Positions 26,688-36,110 of a stretch of 64,000 nt of DNA are shown one piece after another. This DNA is from an uncultured bacterium (lineage in GTDB: Bacteria > Methylomirabilota > Methylomirabilia > Rokubacteriales > DASRDR01). Numbering within the stretch: the stretch's first letter is position 1; each line of letters opens with the position of its first letter. The notes below the pieces were generated by a model. That model was not told the origin of the DNA. It worked only from the letters and a program-made list of their open reading frames with translations, and ran no database searches. The DNA lies in NCBI GenBank assembly GCA_964416315.1, contig CAYQDR010000003.1:46031-110030 (forward strand), given 5' to 3'. The translations under genes and the position numbers were made by a program.

Positions 26688-27455
26688 CTACCCCCGCCAG
26701 CGCTTCGACTCGAGCGAGCGCAGGGTCAGGAACAAGCTCAGGATCGTGAGGTTCAGGTAGTAGATCACGTCCTTGGTGTCGATGACGCCCTTGGCGAAGG
26801 AGTCGAAGTGCTCCGTCAGGGACAGGTGTGAGAGGATCCGGCCGAGCATCCCCCCGGCCGAGTCCGCGGCCCACGAGATGACCCAGAAGATGAGGAGCGT
26901 GCCGAACGTGGACACCGCGGCGACGACCTGGTTCTCGGTCAGGGAGGAGATGAGGATGCCGACGGCGATGAACGCCGCCCCCTGGAGCAGCAGCCCGAGG
27001 TAGCCGGTCAGGAGCGGCCCCCACTCCATGCCGGCCGTCCAGAGGACCAGCGCCGGATAGACGGCCGTGAGCGCGAGCATCCCGAGGAAGATCACGAGGG
27101 CCGCCAGGTACTTGCCGAAGAGCACCTCGCCATCGCGCACGGGATAGGTGAGCAGCAGCTCGATGGTCCCGCTCTTCTTCTCCTCGGCCAGGAGGCGCAT
27201 CGTGAGGATCGGCATCATGAGGAGCAGGATGACGCTGATGTTCTGGAAGAGCGGGCGGATGACCCCCTCCGTGACCGACAGGTCGCGCGCCATCATCGGA
27301 TTGAACGCCGCCTGCATGCTGACCAGCGTGTAGAAGGCGAAGACGTTGTAGAAGAACCAGCCGGAGACGAGCGTGAAGATCGCGAACACGGCGTATGCGA
27401 TCGGCGAGACGAAGTAGAGCCGCATCTCCTTCTTGAAGACCGCCCAGGCCCTCAT
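26688..27455 (-). CDS. ABC-2 type transporter permease
   Basis: Six predicted TM helices, ABC-2 family pattern. Start overlaps the ATPase stop. Confidence 0.75.
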   Translation of the reverse strand: MRAWAVFKKEMRLYFVSPIAYAVFAIFTLVSGWFFYNVFAFYTLVSMQAAFNPMMARDLSVTEGVIRPLFQNISVILLLMMPILTMRLLAEEKKSGTIELLLTYPVRDGEVLFGKYLAALVIFLGMLALTAVYPALVLWTAGMEWGPLLTGYLGLLLQGAAFIAVGILISSLTENQVVAAVSTFGTLLIFWVISWAADSAGGMLGRILSHLSLTEHFDSFAKGVIDTKDVIYYLNLTILSLFLTLRSLESKRWRG

Positions 27456-28495
27456 GCCGGGGGTTCCTCCCCGGACTCCCGTGCCTGATTGTCCATCTGG
27501 TCGCGACGGCTCCGGCCTGCGGCCTGCGCGACGTCGCTCCCTTCTTCACCTGCCTCTTCGTGCTCCTCGCCGGTCACGACCCGGATGAAGAGGTCCTCCA
27601 GAGAGAACCCGACCGGCCGCAGCTCGAGCAGCCCCCAGCGCTGCTCCGTCACGAGCTGGACCAGGTCGCGCCGGATGTCCCGCGCCCGTTCCGCCTCGAC
27701 GACGAACGTCCCGACGCCGTCGGCCACCCCCCGGCTTTCCACCCGGGTCACGCCGCGCAGGGCCCGGAGCGAGGCGGAGACCAGCTCGGGGGGGCCCTCC
27801 ACCTGCACCTGGACGCGCGCGACCGGCGAGAGCTCCTCCATCAGCCGATCGAGGGTGCCCGAGGCGACGATCCGCCCCCGATGGATGATCACGACCCCCT
27901 CGCACACCATCGAGACCTCGGGCAGGATGTGCGTCGAGAGGATGACCGTGTGCTCGCCTGCCAGCGACTTGATCAGGGCGCGGATCTCGATGATCTGCTT
28001 CGGATCGAGGCCGATGGTCGGCTCATCGAGGATCAGGACCTCCGGGTCGGCGATGAGCGCCTGGGCGAGCCCGACCCGCTGCCGGTAGCCTTTGGACAGC
28101 CGGCCGATCAGGCGGCCCGCTACGTCCTCGATCCGGCAGCGCTCCGTCACGTCGCCGATCCGGCGGCGCCGCTCGGCCCGCCCGAGCCCCTTGGCGTCGG
28201 CGACGAAGTCGAGGTAGGCTGCGACCGTCAGGTCGCCGTAGAGCGGCACGTTCTCCGGCAGGTACCCGATCCGCCGGCGGACCTCGAGGGAGTGCTCGAA
28301 GACGTCGTAGCCAGCGACGCGCGCAGTCCCGCTCGAGGCGGGCATGTAGCAGGACAGGATCCGCATCGTCGTCGTCTTCCCCGCCCCGTTCGGGCCGAGG
28401 AAACCGACGATCTGGCCCTTCTCCACGGAGAAGGAGACGTCGCGGATGGCCGCGACCGGGCCGTAGTACTTCGTCAGGCGATCGACCTCGATCAT
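27452..28495 (-). CDS. ABC transporter ATP-binding protein
   Basis: Walker A GPNGAGKTT, signature LSKGYRQR, Walker B ILILDEPT. Confidence 0.85.
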   Translation of the reverse strand: MIEVDRLTKYYGPVAAIRDVSFSVEKGQIVGFLGPNGAGKTTTMRILSCYMPASSGTARVAGYDVFEHSLEVRRRIGYLPENVPLYGDLTVAAYLDFVADAKGLGRAERRRRIGDVTERCRIEDVAGRLIGRLSKGYRQRVGLAQALIADPEVLILDEPTIGLDPKQIIEIRALIKSLAGEHTVILSTHILPEVSMVCEGVVIIHRGRIVASGTLDRLMEELSPVARVQVQVEGPPELVSASLRALRGVTRVESRGVADGVGTFVVEAERARDIRRDLVQLVTEQRWGLLELRPVGFSLEDLFIRVVTGEEHEEAGEEGSDVAQAAGRSRRDQMDNQARESGEEPPA

Positions 28496-28585
28496 CGCGC
28501 GCTCCGGTCAGGGCTCGGGATCAGGCGTCGGGGCTCCCTGAAGTTGAAGCAGTGTCCGGCGAGGATTATAGCACGTCGCCGATTT

Positions 28586-28686
28586 CCCTCTCCCCGCCGG
28601 GGGAGAGGGTGGGGTGAGGGGGACCCAGCACCCGCGCGCCTCCCTCACCCTGGCCCTCTCCCTCCCAGGAGGGAGAGGGAAGAATC
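28586..28686. repeat. two inverted family B repeat units
   Basis: ccctctccccgccgggggagagggtggggtgaggggg ... cctccctcaccctggccctctccctcccaggagggagagggaag. Confidence 0.5.
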
Positions 28687-28691
28687 CAGCG

Positions 28692-30347
28692 TCAGATGAG
28701 CCCAGTGATGGTGCCGGCCGCGTCGACGTCGATCCGCTCGGCGTTCGGCGAGCGCGGGAGGCCCGGCATCGTCATGATCTCGCCCGTGATCGGCACGAGG
28801 AACCCCGCCCCGGCCGAGATCCGCACTTCGCTCACGGTCACCGCGAAGTCCCGCGGCCGGCCGAGGAGCGCCGGGTCGTCCGAGAGCGAGCGCTGGGTCT
28901 TCGCCATGCAGATCGGCAGCCCCGCGTACCCGAGCGCCTCGGCCTGGGCGATCTGCGCCTCGGCGCGCTTCGTGTAGACGACCCGCTCGGCCCCGTACAT
29001 CCGCGTCGCGATCGTCTCGATCTTCGCCCGGATCGGCGCTGCCCAGTCGTAGAGCGGCCGGAAGCGCGCGGGCTCGCGCGCGAGGAGATCCACGAGCGCG
29101 GCAGCCAGGCCCTCGCCCCCCGCGCCGCCCTGCCGGAAGACGTCGGCGACCTCCGCGCGGACGCCCAGGCCCGCGCAGTGCTCGGTGATCGCGGCCAACT
29201 CGGCATCCGTGTCGGAGGGGAAGCGGTTCAGCGCGACCACCAGCGGCACGCCGAAGAGTCGGATGTCCTCGACGTGCTGCTCGAGGTTCGCGATCCCGCG
29301 CTTGATCGCCGGGAGATCCTCCTGGTCCACCCCGCTCATGGGCACGCCGCCGTGGTACTTGAGCGCGCGCGCCGTGGCGACCAGCACGACGGCGTCGGGG
29401 GCGAGACCCGCGTAGCCGCACTTGATGTCGAAGAACTTCTCGGCCCCGAGGTCGAAGCCGAACCCTGCTTCCGTCACGCAGATCTCGCCGAGCTTGAGGG
29501 CGAGCTTGGTGGCGACGACCGAGTTGCAGCCGTGCGCGATGTTCGCGAAGGGCCCGCCGTGGATCAGCGCCGGCGTGCCCTCGAGCGTCTGGACGAGGTT
29601 TGGGTGGATCGCGTCGCGGAGGAGCGCCGCCATCGCGCCGGTGACCTTCAGGTCCGCCGCGTGGACGGGGCGGCCGTCGAAGGTGAAGGCGAGCAGGATC
29701 CGACCCAGGCGCGCCTTGAGATCCGTCAAGTTCTCGGCCAGGCAGAGGAGGGCCATGACCTCCGAGGCGGCCGTGATGAGGAAGCCCTCTTCCCGGGGAT
29801 AGCCCTGGAGGCGGCCCCCCAGCCCCAGCACGGTCTGGCGGAGCGCCCGGTCGTTCATGTCGAGCGCCCGCCGGAAGAGGATCTGCCGCGGGTCGATCCG
29901 GAGCAGGTTGTCGTGGAAGAGGTGGTTGTCGAGGCACGCCGCGAGGAGGTTGTGGGCACTCGAGACGGCGTGGAGATCGCCCGTGAAGTGGAGGTTGATC
30001 TCGTCGGCGGGGACCACCTGGGCGCGGCCGCCGCCAGTCCCGCCCCCCTTGACGCCGAGGCAGGGGCCGATCGAGGGCTCGCGGAGGGCGACCACGGCGC
30101 GCCGCCCGACGCGGGCGAGGGCCTGGCCGAGGCCGATCGTCACGGTGGTCTTGCCGTCCCCGGGCGGCGTCGGCGTGATCGAGGAGACCACGACGAGCTT
30201 CCCGTTCGGGCGGTCGCGCCGCGTCTCCAGCACCCGCAGGTGAACCTTGGCCTTGGCGTGGCCGTAGGGGATGAGGTCGGCGTCGCCGAGGCCGAGGCCG
30301 GCCGCGACCTCGCCGATCGATCGGATCGTGGACACCCGCGCGCTCAC
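28692..30347 (-). CDS. fhs: formate--tetrahydrofolate ligase
   Basis: TPTPPGDGKTTVTIGL (PTPAGEGKTT signature) and full-length FTHFS homology. GTG start at 30347 chosen by N-terminal alignment to known Fhs proteins. The rest of the 671-aa ORF overlaps arsC in another frame. Confidence 0.85.
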   Translation of the reverse strand: MSARVSTIRSIGEVAAGLGLGDADLIPYGHAKAKVHLRVLETRRDRPNGKLVVVSSITPTPPGDGKTTVTIGLGQALARVGRRAVVALREPSIGPCLGVKGGGTGGGRAQVVPADEINLHFTGDLHAVSSAHNLLAACLDNHLFHDNLLRIDPRQILFRRALDMNDRALRQTVLGLGGRLQGYPREEGFLITAASEVMALLCLAENLTDLKARLGRILLAFTFDGRPVHAADLKVTGAMAALLRDAIHPNLVQTLEGTPALIHGGPFANIAHGCNSVVATKLALKLGEICVTEAGFGFDLGAEKFFDIKCGYAGLAPDAVVLVATARALKYHGGVPMSGVDQEDLPAIKRGIANLEQHVEDIRLFGVPLVVALNRFPSDTDAELAAITEHCAGLGVRAEVADVFRQGGAGGEGLAAALVDLLAREPARFRPLYDWAAPIRAKIETIATRMYGAERVVYTKRAEAQIAQAEALGYAGLPICMAKTQRSLSDDPALLGRPRDFAVTVSEVRISAGAGFLVPITGEIMTMPGLPRSPNAERIDVDAAGTITGLI

Positions 30348-30691
30348 GAGAGCCCACCCAGCGCGCGCCGATAGAGCTCCTCGGTGAAGCCCCGCACGAG
30401 GAGCCCGCCGTCCACGAGGACCGGTACCCGCATCCAGCCGTCCTCGTGGATCAAGTACGTCGCCACCTCCTGGTCCGTCATCGCGCCCCCCTCCGCCGAG
30501 AAGTGCAGGATCTCCTGCCCCGCCTTGACCCAGAGCTCCCGCGCCGCCCAGGCCAGCGCCAGCGTCACCGCGCGCCCGACCGGCCGCTCCTCGACGTAGC
30601 GGTTCTCGAACGCGATGCCGTGAGCCGAGAGGAACCCTCTCGCGCCGGTGCAGGTCGGTCAGTTGTGGCGGTTGTAGAGGATCGCGGTCAT
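30344..30691 (-). CDS. ArsC/Spx-family protein with catalytic Cys replaced by in-frame TGA (30661-30659), candidate selenoprotein
   Basis: MTAILYNRHN-[TGA]-PTCTGARGFL...MRVPVLVDGGLLVRGFTEELY aligns with the ArsC/Spx fold (IYHNPAC / NCDT region, C-terminal RPIVV.DG...GF). Hairpin CGAGAGG-AAC-CCUCUCG at 30626-30642, 16 nt after the UGA. Stop overlaps the fhs GTG as GTGA. Confidence 0.6.
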
Positions 30692-30734
30692 TCCGGTCCC
30701 CCCTCACCCCAGCCCCCTATCAAGACAGCCTGTC

Positions 30735-31163
30735 TCATGCCGGGGGCCCGGGCGCCGGATCGGGCTCGGGCACGAGGAGCGCGCCGAGCCACTCGGGGAT
30801 GGCGATCATCTTCTGGGTCTCCGGGTGCCAGCAGGCGTGGCGGGTCTCACCGGTCGCGACGAGCTCGCCCGTCTCGGCGTGCCGGATCTCGTAGCGGAAG
30901 AGGAAGGAGGCGCGCCTCCGCTCGCCGATCCAGCAGCGCACGCGGAGGAGGTCGTCGAGCCGCGCGGCCCGGACGTAGCGCACGCTCGCTTCGACGACCG
31001 GCATGTGGATCTTCCGGTCCACCTCCGCCATCGGGAAGCCGTTCTGCCGGAGGAACTCGACGCGCCCGACCTCGAAGTAGACGAGGTAGTTCGCGTAGTA
31101 GACGACTCCCATCGTGTCGGTCTCGGCGTACCGCACGCGCATCGTCGTCTCCCCGATCATCAC
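30735..31163 (-). CDS. hotdog-fold acyl-CoA thioesterase (YbgC/4HBT family)
   Basis: RVRYAETDTMGVVYYANYLVYFEVGR is the 4HBT thioesterase signature. Confidence 0.75.
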   Translation of the reverse strand: MMIGETTMRVRYAETDTMGVVYYANYLVYFEVGRVEFLRQNGFPMAEVDRKIHMPVVEASVRYVRAARLDDLLRVRCWIGERRRASFLFRYEIRHAETGELVATGETRHACWHPETQKMIAIPEWLGALLVPEPDPAPGPPA

Positions 31164-31165
31164 TT

Positions 31166-31192
31166 CGGAGGGGGGCTACGCCCCCCTCCGAC
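31166..31192. repeat. family A core hairpin tcggagggggg-ctacg-cccccctccga
   Basis: Same palindrome as 15878-15904 and the 3' part of 2790-2897. Immediately upstream of the thioesterase start. Confidence 0.5.
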
Positions 31193-31373
31193 GGCCCTCC
31201 CGGCAAAGCCGGGCCGTTCGCCCTCCGGCGAACGGCTCGGGCCTGCCTCCCCCCAGCATTCCCCGGCAAGGCGACACCGCGAACCCGATCATGGCGTCAG
31301 GGTCGCGCGGGCAGACCGCGGGGGTGGCGCCGGGCGAGCCGCAGAGCGCCCGCGCGCAGTGGGACCCCTTTAG

Positions 31374-31406
31374 CTCCTCCCGCGATTCCGCGAATCGCGG
31401 GAGGAG
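31374..31406. terminator. 33-bp near-perfect palindrome ctcctcccgcgattc-ccg-cgaatcgcgggaggag
   Basis: 15-bp arms. Lies downstream of the AAA ATPase gene and upstream of the thioesterase-arsC-fhs unit. Confidence 0.45.
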
Positions 31407-31468
31407 GTAAACGGGTGACGCGCGCGGGCGCGGCCGTCGGCGAGCCCGGCGACAGGACCCCCGCGCTC

Positions 31469-32395
31469 TCACAGGTACTGGCCGTAGCGGATCTTGACCA
31501 CGACGTCGCGGACCCGCCGGAAGTCGTCCACCGCCTGCAGGAGGTTCGCCGTGCTGACGAGCCCCGGGTCCGCGCCCGACCCCGCGAGCTGCACCTTGGC
31601 CTCGAGCGCCCGGCGCAGCACCTCCGCGATATCGCCGCCGCTCATGCCCGCGAGCCGGGGCGAGAGCGCGTCGAAGTCCAGCGGCTCGAACAGCGGCCGC
31701 TCCGCCCGCTTCTCCGCCCGCACCCGATGGATCTCCAGGATCTCCCGGAGCGCCGCGCCCTCGGGGAGCGGCACCTCGATGAGGCGGTCGAGGCGGCCCG
31801 GCGCGATCAGCGCGGACTCGATCCCGTCGGGACGGCTCGTGGACGCGAGCACGAAAAGGTTCGGGAAGGCGTCGAGCCCGTCGAGCAGGTCACAGAGCCC
31901 GCTGACGAGCGGGGCCGCGGCTTCGCGGGCGCGCTCCAGGGGCAGCACGTGCTCGAGCGACACGGCGTCGGCGTCATCGAAGAACACGACCCCTTTCCCC
32001 TCCGACGCCGCGAGCTGGAAGACCTCCCGGACGACCTCCACGGCGCCGGGCCCGACGCGGGAGGTCAGCGTCGCGAGCCGCAGGTGGTAGAAGAGCGCTT
32101 CGGCGGCGGTGGCGAGCGCCTTCGCGAGCAGCGTCTTGCCGTTCCCGGGCGGCCCGTAGAGCAGGGCGCCGCGCGGGGGCGCGATGCCCCAGCGCCGGTA
32201 GAGCTCGGGGGTGCGCAGCGCGTACGAGAGCCCGCTGACCACGCGCTTGGCTGGCTCGGCGCCCCCGATCATCTCGAACGTCACGGCGGGGCGCGGCACC
32301 ACCTCGATCCGCCCCCGCAGGTCGCCGAATTTCGGCTCGAGCTTCGTCAGCAGGTCGTCGAGGCGGCGCTGGACCGTCCACTCGAGGGCCGGCAC
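31469..32395 (-). CDS. AAA+ ATPase
   Basis: Walker A GPPGNGKT and Walker B VVFFDDAD. Confidence 0.7.
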   Translation of the reverse strand: MPALEWTVQRRLDDLLTKLEPKFGDLRGRIEVVPRPAVTFEMIGGAEPAKRVVSGLSYALRTPELYRRWGIAPPRGALLYGPPGNGKTLLAKALATAAEALFYHLRLATLTSRVGPGAVEVVREVFQLAASEGKGVVFFDDADAVSLEHVLPLERAREAAAPLVSGLCDLLDGLDAFPNLFVLASTSRPDGIESALIAPGRLDRLIEVPLPEGAALREILEIHRVRAEKRAERPLFEPLDFDALSPRLAGMSGGDIAEVLRRALEAKVQLAGSGADPGLVSTANLLQAVDDFRRVRDVVVKIRYGQYL

Positions 32396-32417
32396 GGCCA
32401 GGCTCAGACCTGGGGCT

Positions 32418-32945
32418 CTAGAAGTGAGGCGTGGGACCGATCTTCGGCATCACCCGCTCCGCCTTGTCGAAGACGCGGTCCTCCACGAGGATCGGGACCT
32501 TCGCGCGGAGCGCGAGGGCGATGGCGTCGGAGGGGCGTGAGTCCACGGTGCGCTGGGCGCCGTTGACGTCCAGGTGCAGCACCGCGTAGTAGACGTCGTC
32601 CTTCAGGTCCGTGATCACGATGCGCCGCAGCGAGACCTTGAGGTCCGTCAGGAGCGTCAGCATGAGGTCGTGCGTCAACGGGCGCGGCGGCGTCACGCCC
32701 TGGAGGGGGATCGCGATGCCGTTGGCCTCGAAGTGGCCGATGGTCATGACCAGGTGGCGCTTGTCGCGCTTGCCCTGGAGGATGACGACCGGCTGCCGCG
32801 ACTGCGGATCGAGCACGACCCCGGTGACCTCGGCCTCCTGCGGTCCCGTGGCCGGCCCGGTTTTCTCGGCGATGTCCTTTGCCCCCAGGGTGATCAGCCC
32901 GATCACCATCAGGACCCCGACCGTACCGCCCCGGCGCATCCGCAT
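32418..32945 (-). CDS. bifunctional nuclease (BFN/DUF151) domain protein
   Basis: PVVILQGKRDKRHLVMTIGHFEANGIAIPLQG..THDLMLTLL matches the BFN domain. Start chosen at the internal ATG before the hydrophobic signal. Confidence 0.6.
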   Translation of the reverse strand: MRMRRGGTVGVLMVIGLITLGAKDIAEKTGPATGPQEAEVTGVVLDPQSRQPVVILQGKRDKRHLVMTIGHFEANGIAIPLQGVTPPRPLTHDLMLTLLTDLKVSLRRIVITDLKDDVYYAVLHLDVNGAQRTVDSRPSDAIALALRAKVPILVEDRVFDKAERVMPKIGPTPHF

Positions 32946-33004
32946 GGCCCGCTCCTTCCCGCGACTCGACGCGGCCGCCTGCGTCGCGGGCTCAGTATAC
33001 AACC

Positions 33005-34180
33005 TCACCGCTCGAGCCGGAAGGCCAGCACGCCCGCCGCCCCGAGCATTCCCGCGAGGATGGTGAACATCGGGCCGTGGCCCAGCGCCTGGACCAGCCA
33101 GCCGAAGCCGATCGCGCCGGTCGCGTTGCCGGTGAGGATGAAGGCGCTGAAGACGCCCAGGACCTGGCCCCGCGCCTCGGCGGGGGTCCGGTCGATGACG
33201 AGGGCCGTGAGGGCCGGGTAGAGGAAGCCGTGCGCCGCGCCGGCGACCAGGCCCGTCAGCGCGAGCAGCGGCAGCGCCGACAGTCCGGTCCCGGCCACGA
33301 TCGGCCCGAGCGCCGCCAGCAGGGCCGCCGCCCCCGCCTGGAGCCCGAGCGCCGGGATGATGACCGGCCGCCGTCCCAGGGTATCGATCAGCCGGCCCCC
33401 GAGCGCCCGCACGGCCAGGGCCGCCAGCGAGTAGGCCACCGCGAAGAGGCCGATCCGCTCGACGCCGAGCACCGCGGCGTGCGTGGGGAGGAACGTGAAG
33501 ACCGCGCCCATCCCGAGGCCGAACGCGAAGGCGAGCGCCATCGGGATCCGCGGCGCGCGCAGGACTCCCCGGACGAGGCGCCCCAGGGCCACCCGCTCGG
33601 CCCGGGGCCCGCCCAGCGGCGCCTCGAGCCGGGCCGAGACGATCAGCGCCGCCCCCGCCACCGCCGCGGCGGTCGCGAAGAACACCCGGAAGCCGAACGC
33701 CCGGACCACGGCCTCGCCGAGCGCGGGACCGACCGCCGTCGAGGTCAATCCCGAGATCCCGAAGATCCCGATGGCCTGGCCGCGCCGGTCCGGCGGGACG
33801 AGGTCCACCACGAGCGCGAAGTTCGCCACGAAGTAGGCCGAGAAGGCGACGCCCTGGAGGGCACGCCAGAGGGGGAAGAGCGCCATCGCGTCGGGGGCGG
33901 CGGCGAAGGCGAGGGAGGCCGCCACGCCCAGGGCGGCGCCAGCCAGGAGGAACGGCCGCCGCCCGGCGCGGTCCACCCAGGCGCCGACCAGCGGCTGACA
34001 GACGATCGCCACCGCGCTGTAGGCCCCCATGATCAGCCCGAGCTGGACCTCGGTGGCCCCGAGGCGCTTGATGTGCAGTGGCAGGAGGAAGAAGGCGGAA
34101 AGGTTCGTGAAGAAGAGGAAGTTCGCGACGGCCGCGGTCAGAAAGGCCGGGGAGAGGATGCGCGCGCGGCCCGCCGTCAC
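33005..34180 (-). CDS. MFS transporter
   Basis: 12 predicted TM helices, MFS loop motifs. Confidence 0.8.
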   Translation of the reverse strand: MTAGRARILSPAFLTAAVANFLFFTNLSAFFLLPLHIKRLGATEVQLGLIMGAYSAVAIVCQPLVGAWVDRAGRRPFLLAGAALGVAASLAFAAAPDAMALFPLWRALQGVAFSAYFVANFALVVDLVPPDRRGQAIGIFGISGLTSTAVGPALGEAVVRAFGFRVFFATAAAVAGAALIVSARLEAPLGGPRAERVALGRLVRGVLRAPRIPMALAFAFGLGMGAVFTFLPTHAAVLGVERIGLFAVAYSLAALAVRALGGRLIDTLGRRPVIIPALGLQAGAAALLAALGPIVAGTGLSALPLLALTGLVAGAAHGFLYPALTALVIDRTPAEARGQVLGVFSAFILTGNATGAIGFGWLVQALGHGPMFTILAGMLGAAGVLAFRLER

Positions 34181-34295
34181 GCTTGCTTGCCTTTCCCGGC
34201 CCGATTCCTTATGATGCCCTCACCGTTCGCCAGGCGCAGGACGCGAGCCTGGTCGCCCGACCGGCGCCCCGTCCGACAAAGAGCGGAGGTCGGCC

Positions 34296-35357
34296 ATGGG
34301 TCTCTTCAGCTTCATCAAGAAGCAGTTCATCGACATCCTCCAGTGGACGGAAGACGACGACCAGACCCTGGTCTGGCGCTTCCCGACCCAGGACTTCGAG
34401 ATCCAGCAGGGCGCCCAGCTCATCGTCCGCGAGACGCAGATGGCGCTCTTCGTCCACCAGGGGCAGGCCGCCGACCTCTTCGGCCCCGGTCAGCACACGA
34501 TCAAGACCCAGAACATCCCCATCCTGACCGACCTCATGCACTGGGACAAGATGTTCGAGTCGCCGTTCAAGAGCGACGTCTACTTCTTCTCCACGCGCCT
34601 GCGCATGAACCAGACGTGGGGGACGTCGAACCCGATCACGATCCGCGACAAGGAGTTCGGCGCCGTCCGCCTCCGCGCCTTCGGGATCTACACCTACAAG
34701 ATCGCCGACCCGAAGCTCTTCTTCACGAAGGTCTCCGGCACGCGCGAGCGCTACCTGATGGCCGACGCCGAGGGGCAGCTTCGGAACTCCATCGTCGCCA
34801 CGCTGACGGACCACTTCGCCGAGAGCGGGGTGCCCTTCCTCGACATGGCCGCCAACCAGGTCGAGCTGGGGAACGCCGTGGCGCCGAAGCTGGCGCCGGG
34901 CTTCGCGGCGCTGGGCCTCTCGCTCGAGGGCTTCCAGGTCCAGAACATCTCGCTCCCCGAGGAGCTCCAGAAGCGGCTCGACGAGCGGATCGGGATGGGG
35001 GTCGTCGGGGACCTCGGCCGTTACACCCAGTTCCAGACCGCTCAGTCGATCCCGGTCGCCGCGGCGGCCGAGGGCGGGGCGGCGGGGGCGGGCGTGGGGC
35101 TCGGCGCGGGCATCGCCATGGGCCAGGCCATGGGCCAGGCGATGAGCCAGGCGGCGCAGGGCGCCGGCGCGGCGGCGCGACCGGCGGCACCGGCCCCGGC
35201 GACGGTGGCGTGTGTCAAATGCGCCAAGCCCATCGCGGCGGGCTCCAAGTTCTGCCCCGAGTGCGGCGCGAGCCAGGTGCTCGCCTGCCCACGCTGCAAC
35301 GCGCGGCTCGATCGGCCCAGCAAGTTCTGCCCGGAGTGCGGCCAGGCGATCCAGTAG
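34296..35357 (+). CDS. SPFH/band-7 domain protein with C-terminal double zinc ribbon
   Basis: SPFH-like core, then Gly/Ala-rich linker and CVKC..CPEC..CPRC..CPEC. Confidence 0.7.
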   Translation: MGLFSFIKKQFIDILQWTEDDDQTLVWRFPTQDFEIQQGAQLIVRETQMALFVHQGQAADLFGPGQHTIKTQNIPILTDLMHWDKMFESPFKSDVYFFSTRLRMNQTWGTSNPITIRDKEFGAVRLRAFGIYTYKIADPKLFFTKVSGTRERYLMADAEGQLRNSIVATLTDHFAESGVPFLDMAANQVELGNAVAPKLAPGFAALGLSLEGFQVQNISLPEELQKRLDERIGMGVVGDLGRYTQFQTAQSIPVAAAAEGGAAGAGVGLGAGIAMGQAMGQAMSQAAQGAGAAARPAAPAPATVACVKCAKPIAAGSKFCPECGASQVLACPRCNARLDRPSKFCPECGQAIQ

Positions 35358-35386
35358 GCGGCGGAGGGCCCGGCGCCCGGCGGCGG

Positions 35387-35468
35387 GGGGTGTGAGGGGA
35401 CCTGACGACATGCCCGGTCCAGCACGGCCCCCATCCCCCCTCAGGGTGGGAGGGGACGGGGGTGCGGG
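35387..35468. repeat. family B intergenic repeat
   Basis: ggggggtgtgaggggacc...cccccatcccccctcagggtgggaggggacgggggtgcggggggaccc. Confidence 0.45.
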
Positions 35469-35480
35469 GGGACCCGAATA

Positions 35481-36110
35481 ATGCGTGAGGTCTCCTGCCC
35501 CTCCTGCGGGGCGGCGGTGAAGTTCGTCTCCCGGGTCTCCCTCCTCGCCGTGTGCGGCTACTGCCGGGCCACCCTCATCCGTCGCGACCTCGACGTCGAG
35601 CAGGTCGGGACGATGGCGGAGCTCGTCGCCGATCCGACGCCGCTACAGCTCGCGGCCGAGGGTAGCTACCGCGGCGTCCACTTCGCCGTCGTGGGCCGGA
35701 TCCAGGTGCAGTACGACGCGGGCGCCTGGAACGAGTGGTTCCTGGTGTTCGACGACGGGCGGCCCGGGTGGCTCGGCGAGGCGGCCGGCGAGTACAGCGT
35801 CTCCTTCGAGACCCCCGTCAAGGAGCCCCTGCCGGACTGGGAGAAGCTCGAGCCCGATGTCGACGTGACGCTGAACGGGGTCCGGTACGTGGTGGCGGAC
35901 GTCCGGGAGGCGCGGGTGGTGGGCGGCGAGGGGGAGCTCCCGTTCCTGGTCGCCGGCGGGTACGAGATCTACGTCGCGGACCTCCGCAACGCCACGAACC
36001 AGTTCGCGACGCTCGACTACAGCGAGGATACGCCGCGGGTCTATGTCGGCGAGGTCGTGGAGTTCGCGACACTCAAGCTTCGCGGGCTCCGGGAGCTCCC
36101 CGGGTGGTAG
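35481..36110 (+). CDS. DUF4178-domain protein with N-terminal zinc ribbon
   Basis: CPSCG..CGYC ribbon then DUF4178-like beta-rich domain. Confidence 0.6.
   Translation: MREVSCPSCGAAVKFVSRVSLLAVCGYCRATLIRRDLDVEQVGTMAELVADPTPLQLAAEGSYRGVHFAVVGRIQVQYDAGAWNEWFLVFDDGRPGWLGEAAGEYSVSFETPVKEPLPDWEKLEPDVDVTLNGVRYVVADVREARVVGGEGELPFLVAGGYEIYVADLRNATNQFATLDYSEDTPRVYVGEVVEFATLKLRGLRELPGW

Noticed and set aside
24466-27549. 1027-aa minus-strand ORF spanning the DUF4340, gldG-like and permease genes
   Set aside because: It runs in an alternative frame across three well-supported genes. The translation is Arg/Pro/Gly-rich with no domains.
28692-30707. Treating the 671-aa ORF as one gene
   Set aside because: Only the C-terminal 552 aa align with formate-THF ligase. 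The first 120 codons overlap the arsC-like gene in a different frame and are Arg/Gly-rich.
2790-35468. CRISPR array as explanation for the palindromic repeats
   Set aside because: Copies are scattered, differently oriented, lack regular spacing or uniform spacers, and no cas genes are present.
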